A stretch of 64,000 bases of DNA, from NCBI GenBank assembly GCA_026415435.1, contig JAOAHC010000020.1, positions 15,940 through 79,939 of the forward strand. The letters are read 5' to 3'. Positions 18,847 to 28,756 of this stretch are shown piece after piece. The position numbers were made by a program, and so were the translations under genes. Numbering within the stretch: the first letter of the stretch is position 1; each line of letters opens with the position of its first letter. The notes below the pieces were generated by a model that saw nothing but the letters and a program-made list of their open reading frames with translations, ran no database searches and had not been told where the DNA came from. Source of the DNA: Clostridia bacterium. Lineage in GTDB: Bacteria > Bacillota > Clostridia > TANB77 > CAG-465.

Positions 18847-20313
18847 CTACTTATCAAGCTCAAACCAGAAAGTACTACCTTTTGATTCTTCACTTTGTGC
18901 ACCAAATCTTCCTGCATGTTTTTTTAATATATTTTTTACTATAGAAAGTCCAAGTCCAGTGCCCACTTTAGCAGTTTTATGAAACTCTCCTGTCTTATAG
19001 TATCTATCCCAAATATATTCTAGCTTTTCTTTAGTAATTCCGCAACCATTATCCACAATTTCCACTTTCACAGTTTTATTTTCAGAATTATCATAAATAT
19101 TTATTGTTATTTTTTTATTTTCCTCAGAATAATTAACAGCATTTATTAGTAAATTATATATAACTTGTTCAATTTTGGTCTCATCAGCGTTTACATTTAC
19201 TACTTCATTAGCGTTTAAAATAAATTCATACCCCTCTTTTTCATAAAGGCTTTTAAATCCGTGTAATATATTTTTTACTTTCTCAGTTATATTAAAATCT
19301 TTTTTTATTATCTCAAATACTCCTGATTCTAATTTTGATAAATCCATCATATCCTCTATAAGTCTAGTAAGCCTGTCTGTTTCATCTATTATAACCTGCA
19401 GATGCTCTTCTCTTTTTTCTTTATTATTACCAGATAAGTCTTTTATCATTTCAGAGTATGCTTTTATCATAGTAAGTGGTGTGCGTAAATCATGAGATAC
19501 ATTGGCTATAAGCTCTTTTCTTAACTTATCTGTTTTTGACAACTCAGTTGTTGCATAGTTCAGAGTAGTAGCAAGATTATCTATTTCTGTATAGTCACCT
19601 TTTTCAAATATCACATTATAATTACCGGTTGCTAATTTTTTTGCTGATTCATTCATATTTAAAATCGGAGCAGATAATTTTTTTGATATAAATATTGATA
19701 TGACAAATGAAAGTATAAGAGAAATTATTGTTACATATATTAATTGAATCTGTAATACTGATATAGTTGAGTCTATTGGATCTATTGAATCTAGCATAAC
19801 TAAGCATACATCACTTTTAGGAATTAGAGTGGCATATACAAACATCTGACTTTTATACTTTGTAAATTGTGAAGTATAGCTTATCTTTCCATTTTTACTT
19901 TCTAGAACATCTTTTATTAAAGATTTAGTATTTATCGCTAAATCTGTTCTAATAATCCTAGCTCCATTTCCCACCATCTGAGATGTATATATAATTCTTC
20001 CATTTATGTCTAGTAAAATAACATTAACAGAATTTTTATATGCTATTTCATCGACTTTATCAGTGAAGTTACCATTATTAAATTCTAATTCAATATCATT
20101 TGCTAGCCTTACTACTTGTCTTTTTTTCATAGTAGAATAGAAGCTTTGTAGGAAAAGCACTTGTATCAGCCAAAGCAAAATAAATATAACAACTGCGAAT
20201 AACAGAAAATATATACAAATCCTGTATTTTAAGCTTTTAAAATCTATATTATTTTTAATATTTTTAATTTTACATATTACATCATTCATTAATTTTTTCT
20301 CCATACTCTTCAA
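18847..20313 (-). CDS. Sensor histidine kinase (two TM segments, HAMP, HisKA, HATPase_c)
   Basis: H-box SHDLRTPLT, N-box NLLINAVNY, G-boxes DNGCGI and GTGLGLSIV. Overlaps the upstream response-regulator gene. Confidence 0.9.
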   Translation of the reverse strand: MKSMEKKLMNDVICKIKNIKNNIDFKSLKYRICIYFLLFAVVIFILLWLIQVLFLQSFYSTMKKRQVVRLANDIELEFNNGNFTDKVDEIAYKNSVNVILLDINGRIIYTSQMVGNGARIIRTDLAINTKSLIKDVLESKNGKISYTSQFTKYKSQMFVYATLIPKSDVCLVMLDSIDPIDSTISVLQIQLIYVTIISLILSFVISIFISKKLSAPILNMNESAKKLATGNYNVIFEKGDYTEIDNLATTLNYATTELSKTDKLRKELIANVSHDLRTPLTMIKAYSEMIKDLSGNNKEKREEHLQVIIDETDRLTRLIEDMMDLSKLESGVFEIIKKDFNITEKVKNILHGFKSLYEKEGYEFILNANEVVNVNADETKIEQVIYNLLINAVNYSEENKKITINIYDNSENKTVKVEIVDNGCGITKEKLEYIWDRYYKTGEFHKTAKVGTGLGLSIVKNILKKHAGRFGAQSEESKGSTFWFELDK

Positions 20314-20989
20314 ATTTATATCCTACACCTCTTACTGTAACAATATAATCTCTATATATGCCCATGTTATTTCTAAGCATTTTTATATGAGTGTCTACTG
20401 TTCTGTCATCTCCAAAAAAATCATATCCCCATACTTCATTTAATATTTTCTCTCTAGATAAGGCAATATTTTTATTTATAACTAAGTAAACTAACAATTC
20501 ATATTCCTTTGGAGTTAGTTCTACTTTATGTTTATCAACAAAGACGTTTCTTGCTAACATATCAATTACAAGTCCATCAAAAATATATTTTTTTCTAAAA
20601 GTATCATTTTCTTGAATTGATTTTGCCTTTCCCTTCCTATTAATAACCACATTTACTCTAGCCATCACCTCTTTTGGACTAAAAGGTTTCACGACATAGT
20701 CATCTATTCCTAGTTCAAAACCAAACAGTTTATCATATTCTTCTGATCTTGCAGATAACATTATTACAGGAATGTCTTTTACTTTCTTTATCTCTTTTAC
20801 GGCCATAAATCCATCTAATTTTGGCATCATTATATCCATTATTATTATATCAAAATCCTCGTTTTTGCATTTCACAATTGCGTCCATTCCATTAGAAACT
20901 TCAGATACTTCATAGTTTTCAAATTCAGCATATTCTCTTATAACATTCCTAATTTTTTCTTCATCATCTACTATTAGAATTTTAGACAT
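20282..20989 (-). CDS. OmpR-family response regulator
   Basis: Receiver domain (ILIVDDE...DIIIMDIMMPKLDG...K) plus a winged-helix domain (LTPKEYELL...TVDTHIKMLR...VRGVGYKF). Confidence 0.9.
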   Translation of the reverse strand: MSKILIVDDEEKIRNVIREYAEFENYEVSEVSNGMDAIVKCKNEDFDIIIMDIMMPKLDGFMAVKEIKKVKDIPVIMLSARSEEYDKLFGFELGIDDYVVKPFSPKEVMARVNVVINRKGKAKSIQENDTFRKKYIFDGLVIDMLARNVFVDKHKVELTPKEYELLVYLVINKNIALSREKILNEVWGYDFFGDDRTVDTHIKMLRNNMGIYRDYIVTVRGVGYKFEEYGEKINE

Positions 20990-21122
20990 ATATTACCTCC
21001 ATGATATTATTTTGTATATTATATAATTTATATGTGATAGATGTGTGACGCTTTTATTTATATTTAATGACAATTAATTAAACCCCATAACTTAAACTAT
21101 TCAGTTACAGGGTTTGTAAAAT

Positions 21123-22835
21123 CTATTTATTTTTTTGCATTTCCGCAAATCTTTTAATCTTGAGAGTGGTAGTTTTTTCAAACTCATCTTTCTTTATTTC
21201 AAGTTTTTTAACCGCTTTATATGACACTAGCTCTCTATTTATTTTCTTTATTTCTTCCCAAATAATTTTATGTATTTCTTCATCACTTGGCCTTATTGAT
21301 CCATATGTCTCACTAATATATTCTTCATCTAATGTTACTTTTGCAGCAACAGTTATATCAGTATCGTCATCCGCAGATTCATATCCATAAACCATTGACT
21401 CTGATATAATAGGAATTCTATTGATTAGAAATTCTATTTCTTCTGGGAATATTTTTTTACCGTTTTTAGTAACAATCATATTTTTTATCCTTCCAGATAT
21501 AATCAAGTTACCGTTTTTATCAAAATATCCTAAATCTCCTGTATAGAACCAACCTTTTTTTAATACATTATTAGTCTCCTCTTCATTTTCATAATATCCA
21601 AGCATAACATTTTGCCCTTTTATCATTATTTCTCCAGAAGAATCTCCTTCATTTAAGTCAATTCTAACTTCTACTCCTTCTACAGCTTTACCTACAGTTC
21701 CAATAGCATTATGTTGCGGATCAGTTGCAGTAGCAAGAGGTGAAGTTTCCGTAAGACCGTATCCTTGAACAAAATTGAATCCGTATGATTCTATTTCTTT
21801 TACTATTTTATCATCTATAGGTGCTGCACCACAGAAAAAATATTTTAAATTGCCACCAAAATTATCTTGTATTTTTTTAAATATAATTCTACGAATGTCA
21901 ATGCCAAATTTATTTAATCCCGTTGCAACTTTTGAAAGAGAATTTACAAGCTTTTCTTTACCTGTTTCTTTTATAGCTTTTTTTAACTTTTTATTTATAT
22001 TCTCTACCAATATAGGGACAGCTACAACTACAGAAGGTTTAGTTTCTTGCATATTTTTCACAACATACTTTAACCCTTCACATATTGCTATACTCGCCCC
22101 ACCTGCAATAGAATTTAAGTATGTAATCATAAACTCATATGTATGATGCATTGGTAATACTGAAAAAAATCTTAAGTCTTTAATATCAGGCAAAAGAAAT
22201 GCACATGAATATATATTGGCAGTTAAATTTCTATGACATAGCATAACTCCCTTAGACTTTGCTGTAGTACCAGAAGTAAACAGTAATATTCTAAATTCAT
22301 CTTTATCTACTTTCATATCTATATATCTTGTATTTCCAGTATCAATTAATTCTTTACCTTCTTCTACAAGCATGTCAAAAGAATAACTAGTTTCATCACT
22401 TGCCTCTTTATCCATCTCAATATATATAAAATTTGAAGGAAGTTTTTCTCTTAATGATTCAATTAACTCTTTTTTCTTACTAGAATAAACTAAAACTTCT
22501 GTTTTTGAACGTTCAATTAAATTTAAAATTTCATTTGCAGGAAGTTCTTTATCTAGTGGTACAATTATTCCTGCACCACATACAGTAGCCATATATGTTA
22601 CAAACCATTTATAGCTATTTTCACCAATTACAGCTACTCTCTTATTTATAACATTAAGTTTTTCAGTAAGTGCAGTACCAAAAGCATATATATCTTCAAC
22701 AACTCTGTCATATTTAATCTCCTTGTATTCCCTTGTTTTGATATCTTTTTCTAAAAATGCAATTCTATCTTTGTACATTTTGCACCTTACAGTAAGAATA
22801 TCTTTTAACGTTTCTAATCTTTCTACCTTACTCAT
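21123..22835 (-). CDS. Long-chain fatty-acid--CoA ligase (AMP-dependent synthetase)
   Basis: AMP-binding motif LLFTSGTTAKSKGVML, plus GYGLTETS, YYTGDLGYFD and KNGKKIFPEEIE. Confidence 0.85.
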   Translation of the reverse strand: MSKVERLETLKDILTVRCKMYKDRIAFLEKDIKTREYKEIKYDRVVEDIYAFGTALTEKLNVINKRVAVIGENSYKWFVTYMATVCGAGIIVPLDKELPANEILNLIERSKTEVLVYSSKKKELIESLREKLPSNFIYIEMDKEASDETSYSFDMLVEEGKELIDTGNTRYIDMKVDKDEFRILLFTSGTTAKSKGVMLCHRNLTANIYSCAFLLPDIKDLRFFSVLPMHHTYEFMITYLNSIAGGASIAICEGLKYVVKNMQETKPSVVVAVPILVENINKKLKKAIKETGKEKLVNSLSKVATGLNKFGIDIRRIIFKKIQDNFGGNLKYFFCGAAPIDDKIVKEIESYGFNFVQGYGLTETSPLATATDPQHNAIGTVGKAVEGVEVRIDLNEGDSSGEIMIKGQNVMLGYYENEEETNNVLKKGWFYTGDLGYFDKNGNLIISGRIKNMIVTKNGKKIFPEEIEFLINRIPIISESMVYGYESADDDTDITVAAKVTLDEEYISETYGSIRPSDEEIHKIIWEEIKKINRELVSYKAVKKLEIKKDEFEKTTTLKIKRFAEMQKNK

Positions 22836-23018
22836 AACAACACCTCATAAATATGTATATATTATATATTTATTATTATTTATTGTCAATATACAAACAA
22901 AATGTTACAAATACTAACCTTTTTAAGCAAGTAAAAAGCTTGTCTGATTCTCGTAACAAAATTATTTTTTTTTCATACCATATATTAGTATAGATTTTCT
23001 ATACTTTAAGGGTGAAAT

Positions 23019-23264
23019 ATGAAAGCAAAAATGTTAATTTCAAAAGTACTATGCAATCCATTCATTTGGTTATACTTTATATCAATTTTATTTATATTTA
23101 TAATATCATTGAATACTGTTACTCACAGCAATTTATTTGTTTATATTGGACTTTCTATTACAGGATTTTTAACCATAATTGGTATATGCACAAGCCCTGT
23201 ATGTAAAACAGCTCAGTCTGCTGTAGACCGTAACAAAAATAAAAGTGAAGGTAAAGTTGATTAA
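23019..23264 (+). CDS. Small two-TM membrane protein, divergent holin-like paralogue
   Basis: RBS AAGGGTGA. CNPFIWLYFISILF...GLSITGFLTIIGICTSP parallels the downstream holin-like protein. Confidence 0.4.
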   Translation: MKAKMLISKVLCNPFIWLYFISILFIFIISLNTVTHSNLFVYIGLSITGFLTIIGICTSPVCKTAQSAVDRNKNKSEGKVD

Positions 23265-23265
23265 A

Positions 23266-23547
23266 ATGGGTGAAAGATTTAAAAACCCAATTTTATGGGG
23301 AAGTATACTATCTACTATCTGCTTAGTACTTTCAGCAGTTGGTATTATCAACATTTCTGATGCAACACTAAATACTATTATAAACTCGGTTTTATCTATA
23401 CTTGCATTAATTGGTGTCATTAATACTCCTACAAAAAATATAAACTACATTGAATATGATGCTATAGATAATGGTTCAGATACTGATAATAATAACTTAC
23501 TTGATAATTTAGATCAAAATGACAACGAAAATACCTCTGAGAGTTAA
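23266..23547 (+). CDS. Phage-holin-family (phi-LC3/Phage_holin_1-like) membrane protein with an acidic tail
   Basis: RFKNPILWGSILSTICLVLSAVGI...IINSVLSILALIGVINTPT resembles the RFKNP..W...holin family. I prefer the ATG at 23266 over the track's GTG at 23245. Confidence 0.55.
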   Translation: MGERFKNPILWGSILSTICLVLSAVGIINISDATLNTIINSVLSILALIGVINTPTKNINYIEYDAIDNGSDTDNNNLLDNLDQNDNENTSES

Positions 23548-23576
23548 AAAAAGTGGGTAAAAACCCACTTACATAA

Positions 23577-24095
23577 TTAATTATCATCATTATCATCATC
23601 TTCTTCAATATCATCAACATATTCTTTATAGTCTGAATCATTAATATTGTTTTGATCACTATATGATGATGATTTATTTATACTATCTTTTGTACTTTTT
23701 CTTGATTTCTCCATAGTTTTTTCTATAAAATTACTTGCTTTGTTTATAAAATCGGGGACAAGCTCAATTATTTTGTCCACTGGTGTACTTCCATTGACAG
23801 TAAGTAATCTTACATTAGAATCTTTAACTATTAGAAATGCTACTGGTGATATATTCACACCTGCACCACTTCCTCCACCAAACGGTAGTTTTGCTTCTTC
23901 TGAATACTTATTTAATTTATTTGTATTAAACTCGCTTCCTCCTGCTGCATATCCAAAACATACTTTTGAAACTGGTATAATTACTGAACCGTCTGGAGTT
24001 GTAACAATATCTCCTACAATAGTATTTACATCAATCATACTTTCTAGTGATGTCATTGAAGTCATCATCAGACTTTCTATTGGATGTTCTGCCAT
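23577..24095 (-). CDS. ytfJ: Sporulation protein YtfJ (GerW family) with an acidic C-terminal extension
   Basis: MAEHPIESLM...MIDVNTIVGD...TPDGSVIIPVSKV.FGYAAGGSEF...LPFGGGSGAGVNISPVAFLIV matches YtfJ/GerW. Confidence 0.8.
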   Translation of the reverse strand: MAEHPIESLMMTSMTSLESMIDVNTIVGDIVTTPDGSVIIPVSKVCFGYAAGGSEFNTNKLNKYSEEAKLPFGGGSGAGVNISPVAFLIVKDSNVRLLTVNGSTPVDKIIELVPDFINKASNFIEKTMEKSRKSTKDSINKSSSYSDQNNINDSDYKEYVDDIEEDDDNDDN

Positions 24096-24813
24096 CTTTA
24101 TCTTCCACCTTTCTACTTAAATATTTTATTTTTAATAATATATAAAATATTTTTAAACTTACAAATATATTATTTGTAATTCTGAATTTTAATATACTAT
24201 TAAAATTTAATTTATATAATTCATTACTTGTATATACTTTATAATATAAGTGTCTTAGATCAAATTTTTCAATATTTTTATTAATATACATACATAAAAT
24301 TGTATTTATAGTAACAGCTGTATAGCTATTTATTATTGGGTTTGATAGATTTATACCAAAGTCTAAATAGAATCTTTCATAACTTAAACTTCTCAATATT
24401 TCCTCTATCTCTTTTCTACTTAAACGTGATTTTACTAATTTATAATAACCTAAAGCTTCCCTAAATATTCCGTATACTCCATCAAATATATATTTATAAT
24501 TAGACGTATCACTATTATTTTCATTAATTTCTTTTGAATTTTGTCTTATATTAGTATCTTTATTATTTATATCATTACTACCTTCTTCATTTATTTTGTC
24601 TTTTTTATTTTTCTTTTTCATATTCATCTTTAGAATAGGAATGTAGTAAAATATTTTTAATAATAAATAATTATCCGGATCCTCTTCAACATCAGAAGAT
24701 TTTCTATTGCTATTTATTTTTTTTGAGCTTATTCCATAATTTATATAAACTCTAATAGGTATAAAAATAAGTAAAATAATAAGAATAACTACAATTATTA
24801 ATACTATTTTCAT
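24031..24813 (-). CDS. YtfI-like (DUF2953-type) membrane protein
   Basis: N-terminal TM segment. It lies immediately upstream of and overlapping ytfJ, as in the B. subtilis ytfI-ytfJ pair. Sequence similarity is judged only loosely. Confidence 0.4.
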   Translation of the reverse strand: MKIVLIIVVILIILLIFIPIRVYINYGISSKKINSNRKSSDVEEDPDNYLLLKIFYYIPILKMNMKKKNKKDKINEEGSNDINNKDTNIRQNSKEINENNSDTSNYKYIFDGVYGIFREALGYYKLVKSRLSRKEIEEILRSLSYERFYLDFGINLSNPIINSYTAVTINTILCMYINKNIEKFDLRHLYYKVYTSNELYKLNFNSILKFRITNNIFVSLKIFYILLKIKYLSRKVEDKDGRTSNRKSDDDFNDITRKYD

Positions 24814-24925
24814 AATATCACCGTTTATATAATTTGTAGATTTTAAAATATTATTAAGTCATTTACAATATTTGACTTTTAAAGCTAATAGAAGTTAATT
24901 TGTTTTATATAAATTAATTATAAGG

Positions 24926-24956
24926 CTAAAATAAAACCGCCCAATTAGGCGGTTTT
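24926..24956 (-). terminator. Rho-independent terminator (bidirectional)
   Basis: AAAACCGCC-CAATTA-GGCGGTTTT flanked by A/T runs, directly after the stop at 24960. Confidence 0.7.
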
Positions 24957-24959
24957 ATT

Positions 24960-25487
24960 TTAATATTGTTTGGCCTGCTCCACGTATAAACATGGTATTC
25001 CTAGCCATTCTAAGTAAATGCTTTGATCTCTGTTAGATGTATGTACTACAATTCTCTTTCCCATTAGCTTATACTTATAGGCAATACTTACTATTGACAA
25101 CTTTTCTGGTATATACCTATTTGTAACTTTAATTGCTAAAGGATCTGATTCGAAAACTACTTTACCATGCAACATTCCGTCATGTATAGAGCATTTTACA
25201 GAATAGAGCCTTTTGTAGGTTCTAGCATCAATATTTTCACTTTCTAGTTTTTTTGTGAGAATCTCAAAACAATAATGCGGAACAACTTCTATCTTATTTT
25301 CAAGAAGATAGTAATATATATTTGTATTGAAATATACAGACGCGTCTCTCAATACATATTGATTATCATCTTTAGTTTTTTCTGAATTTACCCGTAGTAA
25401 GGTGTTCTTAATGTTTTCAATTAGTTCTTTTACTCTAAATCCTTTTGAAAATAATCCGAATTCTGCTTCATAATTTAAGTTTAACAT
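24960..25487 (-). CDS. Hypothetical protein (175 aa)
   Basis: Clean ORF with its own terminator. No motif recognised. A TGTCGAA heptamer lies ~95 nt upstream (25582-25588). Confidence 0.5.
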   Translation of the reverse strand: MLNLNYEAEFGLFSKGFRVKELIENIKNTLLRVNSEKTKDDNQYVLRDASVYFNTNIYYYLLENKIEVVPHYCFEILTKKLESENIDARTYKRLYSVKCSIHDGMLHGKVVFESDPLAIKVTNRYIPEKLSIVSIAYKYKLMGKRIVVHTSNRDQSIYLEWLGIPCLYVEQAKQY

Positions 25488-25608
25488 ATGTAGTCCCCTT
25501 TACTTTAAAATTTCAAAATAATTCAAAAACTTATTACTCACAATATTTTATCATACAACAAATGAGAATTATAGATAAATTTGTCGAAAGTAAAGAAATT
25601 ATAAAAAT

Positions 25609-26373
25609 TTATAGTTTTAAATGTATTTTATCATAAGGAATAGTTACACTAAATTCGCCTGCAACATATGGTGCAATTTGATATTTTTCAAAAAATATTA
25701 ATAATCCTGTTGATGTAAACACAAAATTTCTAAAATTTTCTGTTGTTGGTTTTGTTCCTTCTTTTAACATTTCTTCCATTTGAATTTCTTTTAATATATC
25801 ATTTTTTAATAATTCCTTATATGTATATTCTGATAGTTCTACTAATAGAGACCTATTATCCTTTATTAAATCTTCTAACCCTATTATCTTTTTATTTTTT
25901 TTATCATATGAGATAGTGTGGAAAAATGATGCTGGATGTGCTCCACCAGAATACTGAGTTATATAAAACACATATGATACATAGTCTATATAGTTATATA
26001 CATTAAACCTTACTTCAAAAGAAGCTTTTATATTTAATCCTTTAAGATAATTTACGTCAATAAAACTTTCAAAATCTTTTTTATACTCAGATATAATCCT
26101 TGTTATTTCTTTATTTAAATCATTGTACTTTGTTACCGGATAGTATATTGATACATCAGTAATTTCTGTGCTTTCTTCTTTTTTTTGAACAACATAATCA
26201 TCTTTATTTACAGCAACACTCAAACTTTTCATTTCGTCATTATTTATTTTTGTACTCACTTGAACTGATATATTTTCAACATATCTATTTGCAAAATATG
26301 CAGAAAATAAAAAAAATATAAATATAGTAAGTATAAGTATGTATTTTAGTATTTTATTCAACTTTATCACCAA
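25609..26373 (-). CDS. DUF3298/DUF4163-domain (RsiV/PdaC C-terminal-like) membrane-anchored protein
   Basis: N-terminal TM segment. ...YSGGAHPASFFHTISYDKKNKK... and ...IAPYVAGEFSVTIPY are typical of DUF3298. Confidence 0.65.
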   Translation of the reverse strand: MVIKLNKILKYILILTIFIFFLFSAYFANRYVENISVQVSTKINNDEMKSLSVAVNKDDYVVQKKEESTEITDVSIYYPVTKYNDLNKEITRIISEYKKDFESFIDVNYLKGLNIKASFEVRFNVYNYIDYVSYVFYITQYSGGAHPASFFHTISYDKKNKKIIGLEDLIKDNRSLLVELSEYTYKELLKNDILKEIQMEEMLKEGTKPTTENFRNFVFTSTGLLIFFEKYQIAPYVAGEFSVTIPYDKIHLKL

Positions 26374-26420
26374 TACATTATATTACTCACATTACATTTA
26401 TATTTTTATTTGCTTGTACT

Positions 26421-26828
26421 TTATTTATTTTTTAATTCAAATGGTGTATTTAAAAAATCTATTAATTTCTTTTCAATAACTTCTCCATTTTTTTCTAAAA
26501 CGATTTTTATACCTTTACACATATCTAGCATATATTGTAAACATACACCACATGGGGCTATATTTTCATCTAATTTATCACTACTAGTAGCTCCACCTAC
26601 AACTGCTATTTTTAGAAAATCTCTTTCACCATTTGAAATAGCATTTTGTACAGCTACCCTCTCGGCACAGTTACTTAATCCAGGTATAGTATTTTCTTCT
26701 ATATTACATCCTATATATACTCTATTTGAAGAAGCTAGAAGTGCAGCACCTACACTATAATTTGTATAACTTACATATGCGTTTTTGCGCGCTTCTTTAG
26801 CCAGATTTATTAATTCTTCGTTTGACAT
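26421..26828 (-). CDS. cdd: Cytidine deaminase
   Basis: Zn-binding motifs CAERVAV and PCGVCLQ; 135 aa. Confidence 0.9.
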   Translation of the reverse strand: MSNEELINLAKEARKNAYVSYTNYSVGAALLASSNRVYIGCNIEENTIPGLSNCAERVAVQNAISNGERDFLKIAVVGGATSSDKLDENIAPCGVCLQYMLDMCKGIKIVLEKNGEVIEKKLIDFLNTPFELKNK

Positions 26829-26842
26829 TTTACTACCTCATT

Positions 26843-27943
26843 TTAAGTTAATTTAACATTATCTCCAAGAGGAACTACTTGAAAATATGTTATTCCATCA
26901 TTTAATATAATTTCATTTCCATCTTTATCATAAATATATGTTTTAGTCCCCATATTACCTTTTTGCCAAGTTATTTCAATATACTTACCATCTGTAAGAT
27001 AGTATCCTTTACCTGTTTTACCTAATATATCTAATTCTTGTCTACCTTTGTTTTCAGTATCACTTAAAAAGTAATTATTTGCCTGAATTATTATTATATT
27101 CTTTGCAAAATATTGTGTTTTTGTTTCTCTATCAACATCTTTTATTCCCCTCATTGATCTTAAGAAAACTTTGTTCTGCACATCATATTCATAAGAAACA
27201 TTGTGTAAGTCAGAATATTTTAGATATACATTTGCAACAGGTATTCCATATTTTAAATCATATTCTTCGGCTTGATATTTATATAAGGATTCCTTGTTAG
27301 ATATTGTTAGATATTTTTTATCGCTTGCTAGGTTTTTAAGATTTTCTATACTAGTATATGCATTATGATATCCTGATCCTACTCTCCAAAATGCCTTACC
27401 ATCTGATGTTACACCATTTATATTATTTACATCATTACTCAAAATCGTACTTTGAGCTTTAGGACTCCAACCATAGTGACTATATATAGCATTATTTTCC
27501 ATAGCATAATATACAAAATAATGTCTAGAACTTCTTACCGGTCCAATTTTTTTGGTAGATGCACCTTTATATAGAGCCAACATTCTACTTTCTCCACCCT
27601 CTATTATAACTTCATAAATCATATAAGCATCTGCTAATCCAGAATGCGGCCATGCTGGCTTTTCATTATCTATCATAACTGCAATTGTTCTGTCATCACC
27701 TTTAAACGTTTGAACTTGTTTTGGCAATTCTTTAACAGGCTCTTCATCTACACTATTTGAAGATTTGTCTGAATTTGAGTTTATATCGGAACCTACAATA
27801 TTTTTTGTATCTTTCATATTAAATACAAATTTTATATAGTATACTGCTGATATTGATAATATAGAAATTACAAATATTATGGCAATTATTATTAAAATCT
27901 TTTTAGATTCTATATTCTTACCATTTTCTATAGCTTTTCTCAT
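26843..27943 (-). CDS. DUF3048-domain (YerB-like) secreted or anchored protein
   Basis: TM anchor, then ...IAVMIDNEKPAWPHSGLADAYMIYEVIIEGGESRMLALY...GPVRSSRHYF, typical of DUF3048. Confidence 0.7.
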   Translation of the reverse strand: MRKAIENGKNIESKKILIIIAIIFVISILSISAVYYIKFVFNMKDTKNIVGSDINSNSDKSSNSVDEEPVKELPKQVQTFKGDDRTIAVMIDNEKPAWPHSGLADAYMIYEVIIEGGESRMLALYKGASTKKIGPVRSSRHYFVYYAMENNAIYSHYGWSPKAQSTILSNDVNNINGVTSDGKAFWRVGSGYHNAYTSIENLKNLASDKKYLTISNKESLYKYQAEEYDLKYGIPVANVYLKYSDLHNVSYEYDVQNKVFLRSMRGIKDVDRETKTQYFAKNIIIIQANNYFLSDTENKGRQELDILGKTGKGYYLTDGKYIEITWQKGNMGTKTYIYDKDGNEIILNDGITYFQVVPLGDNVKLT

Positions 27944-27970
27944 ATATATTCCCCTTTTTAAATAATATTT

Positions 27971-28756
27971 TTATCTGAAAAATTTAAATATGTCCATTAG
28001 AATTATTTGATATACTATAAGAACTATTAATATTCCCATAAGGGCACTTAATACCATATATATTGGTCGTGTTTTTGTATTTTCAATTTTAATTTGAGCT
28101 ATTAAAATACTTAATATAAATGAAGTTGCTCCTACAAAAAGACTACCAGTTATAAGATAAACATATGTTGTAAGCGCAAAGGCTACTGAAACTCTTGCAC
28201 TTGGAAAAGAAGAAGAATAATTTTCATTTTTTGAAAATACCCCTTTTAATATAACTGCAAGCATTACTATAGCAAATATAATTGTAAAAAGTATATATAA
28301 TCTAGAATTTAATATATTTGATATAACACTATTTGTAGCAGCATATAATTTGTCAACAAAAAGGAAATATGAAACTATTACAGCTACAACAGCCGAAATA
28401 AATACACCTCCGGCAGCTATATCTTTTGCAGCTTTGGCTCTTTCATCATATTTATCTGTTACCATATCTACTATATACTCAACAGTAGAATTAATCATCT
28501 CTGAAAATATAACAAATCCAATAGTTAGGCATAGACATGCAAACTCAGTTTTAGTAAAATCAAAAAACAAACTTCCTATTAAAACAAACAGACCAATTAT
28601 ATAATCTAGTCTTAAATTCCTTTCAGTTTTAAAAGCTCTAATTACTCCATCTATTGCATGTCCAAGTGCAGTATAAAAATTTTTATTTTTAGTGTGCTTT
28701 AGTTCTTCTAGATTTTTTTCTCTCATTTCATCTTTAACTTGTTTTTTAATTGACAT
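27971..28756 (-). CDS. dgkA: Diacylglycerol/undecaprenol kinase (DgkA family) fused to an extra polytopic C-terminal half (possibly a degenerate PAP2)
   Basis: DAGK_prokar motifs: HAIDGVIRAFKTERNLR, SEMINSTVEYIVDMV, AKDIAAGGVFISAV. The C-terminal ~130 aa contains SFPSARVSVAFALTTY, which resembles PAP2 motif 2 but lacks the His. Start taken at MSIKKQ (the track lists 28768). Confidence 0.75.
   Translation of the reverse strand: MSIKKQVKDEMREKNLEELKHTKNKNFYTALGHAIDGVIRAFKTERNLRLDYIIGLFVLIGSLFFDFTKTEFACLCLTIGFVIFSEMINSTVEYIVDMVTDKYDERAKAAKDIAAGGVFISAVVAVIVSYFLFVDKLYAATNSVISNILNSRLYILFTIIFAIVMLAVILKGVFSKNENYSSSFPSARVSVAFALTTYVYLITGSLFVGATSFILSILIAQIKIENTKTRPIYMVLSALMGILIVLIVYQIILMDIFKFFR

Noticed and set aside
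23169-23659. Minus-strand track ORFs 23169..23420 and 23462..23659
   Set aside because: They overlap better-supported plus-strand holin-like genes or the ytfJ acidic tail, and they lack an RBS and recognisable motifs.
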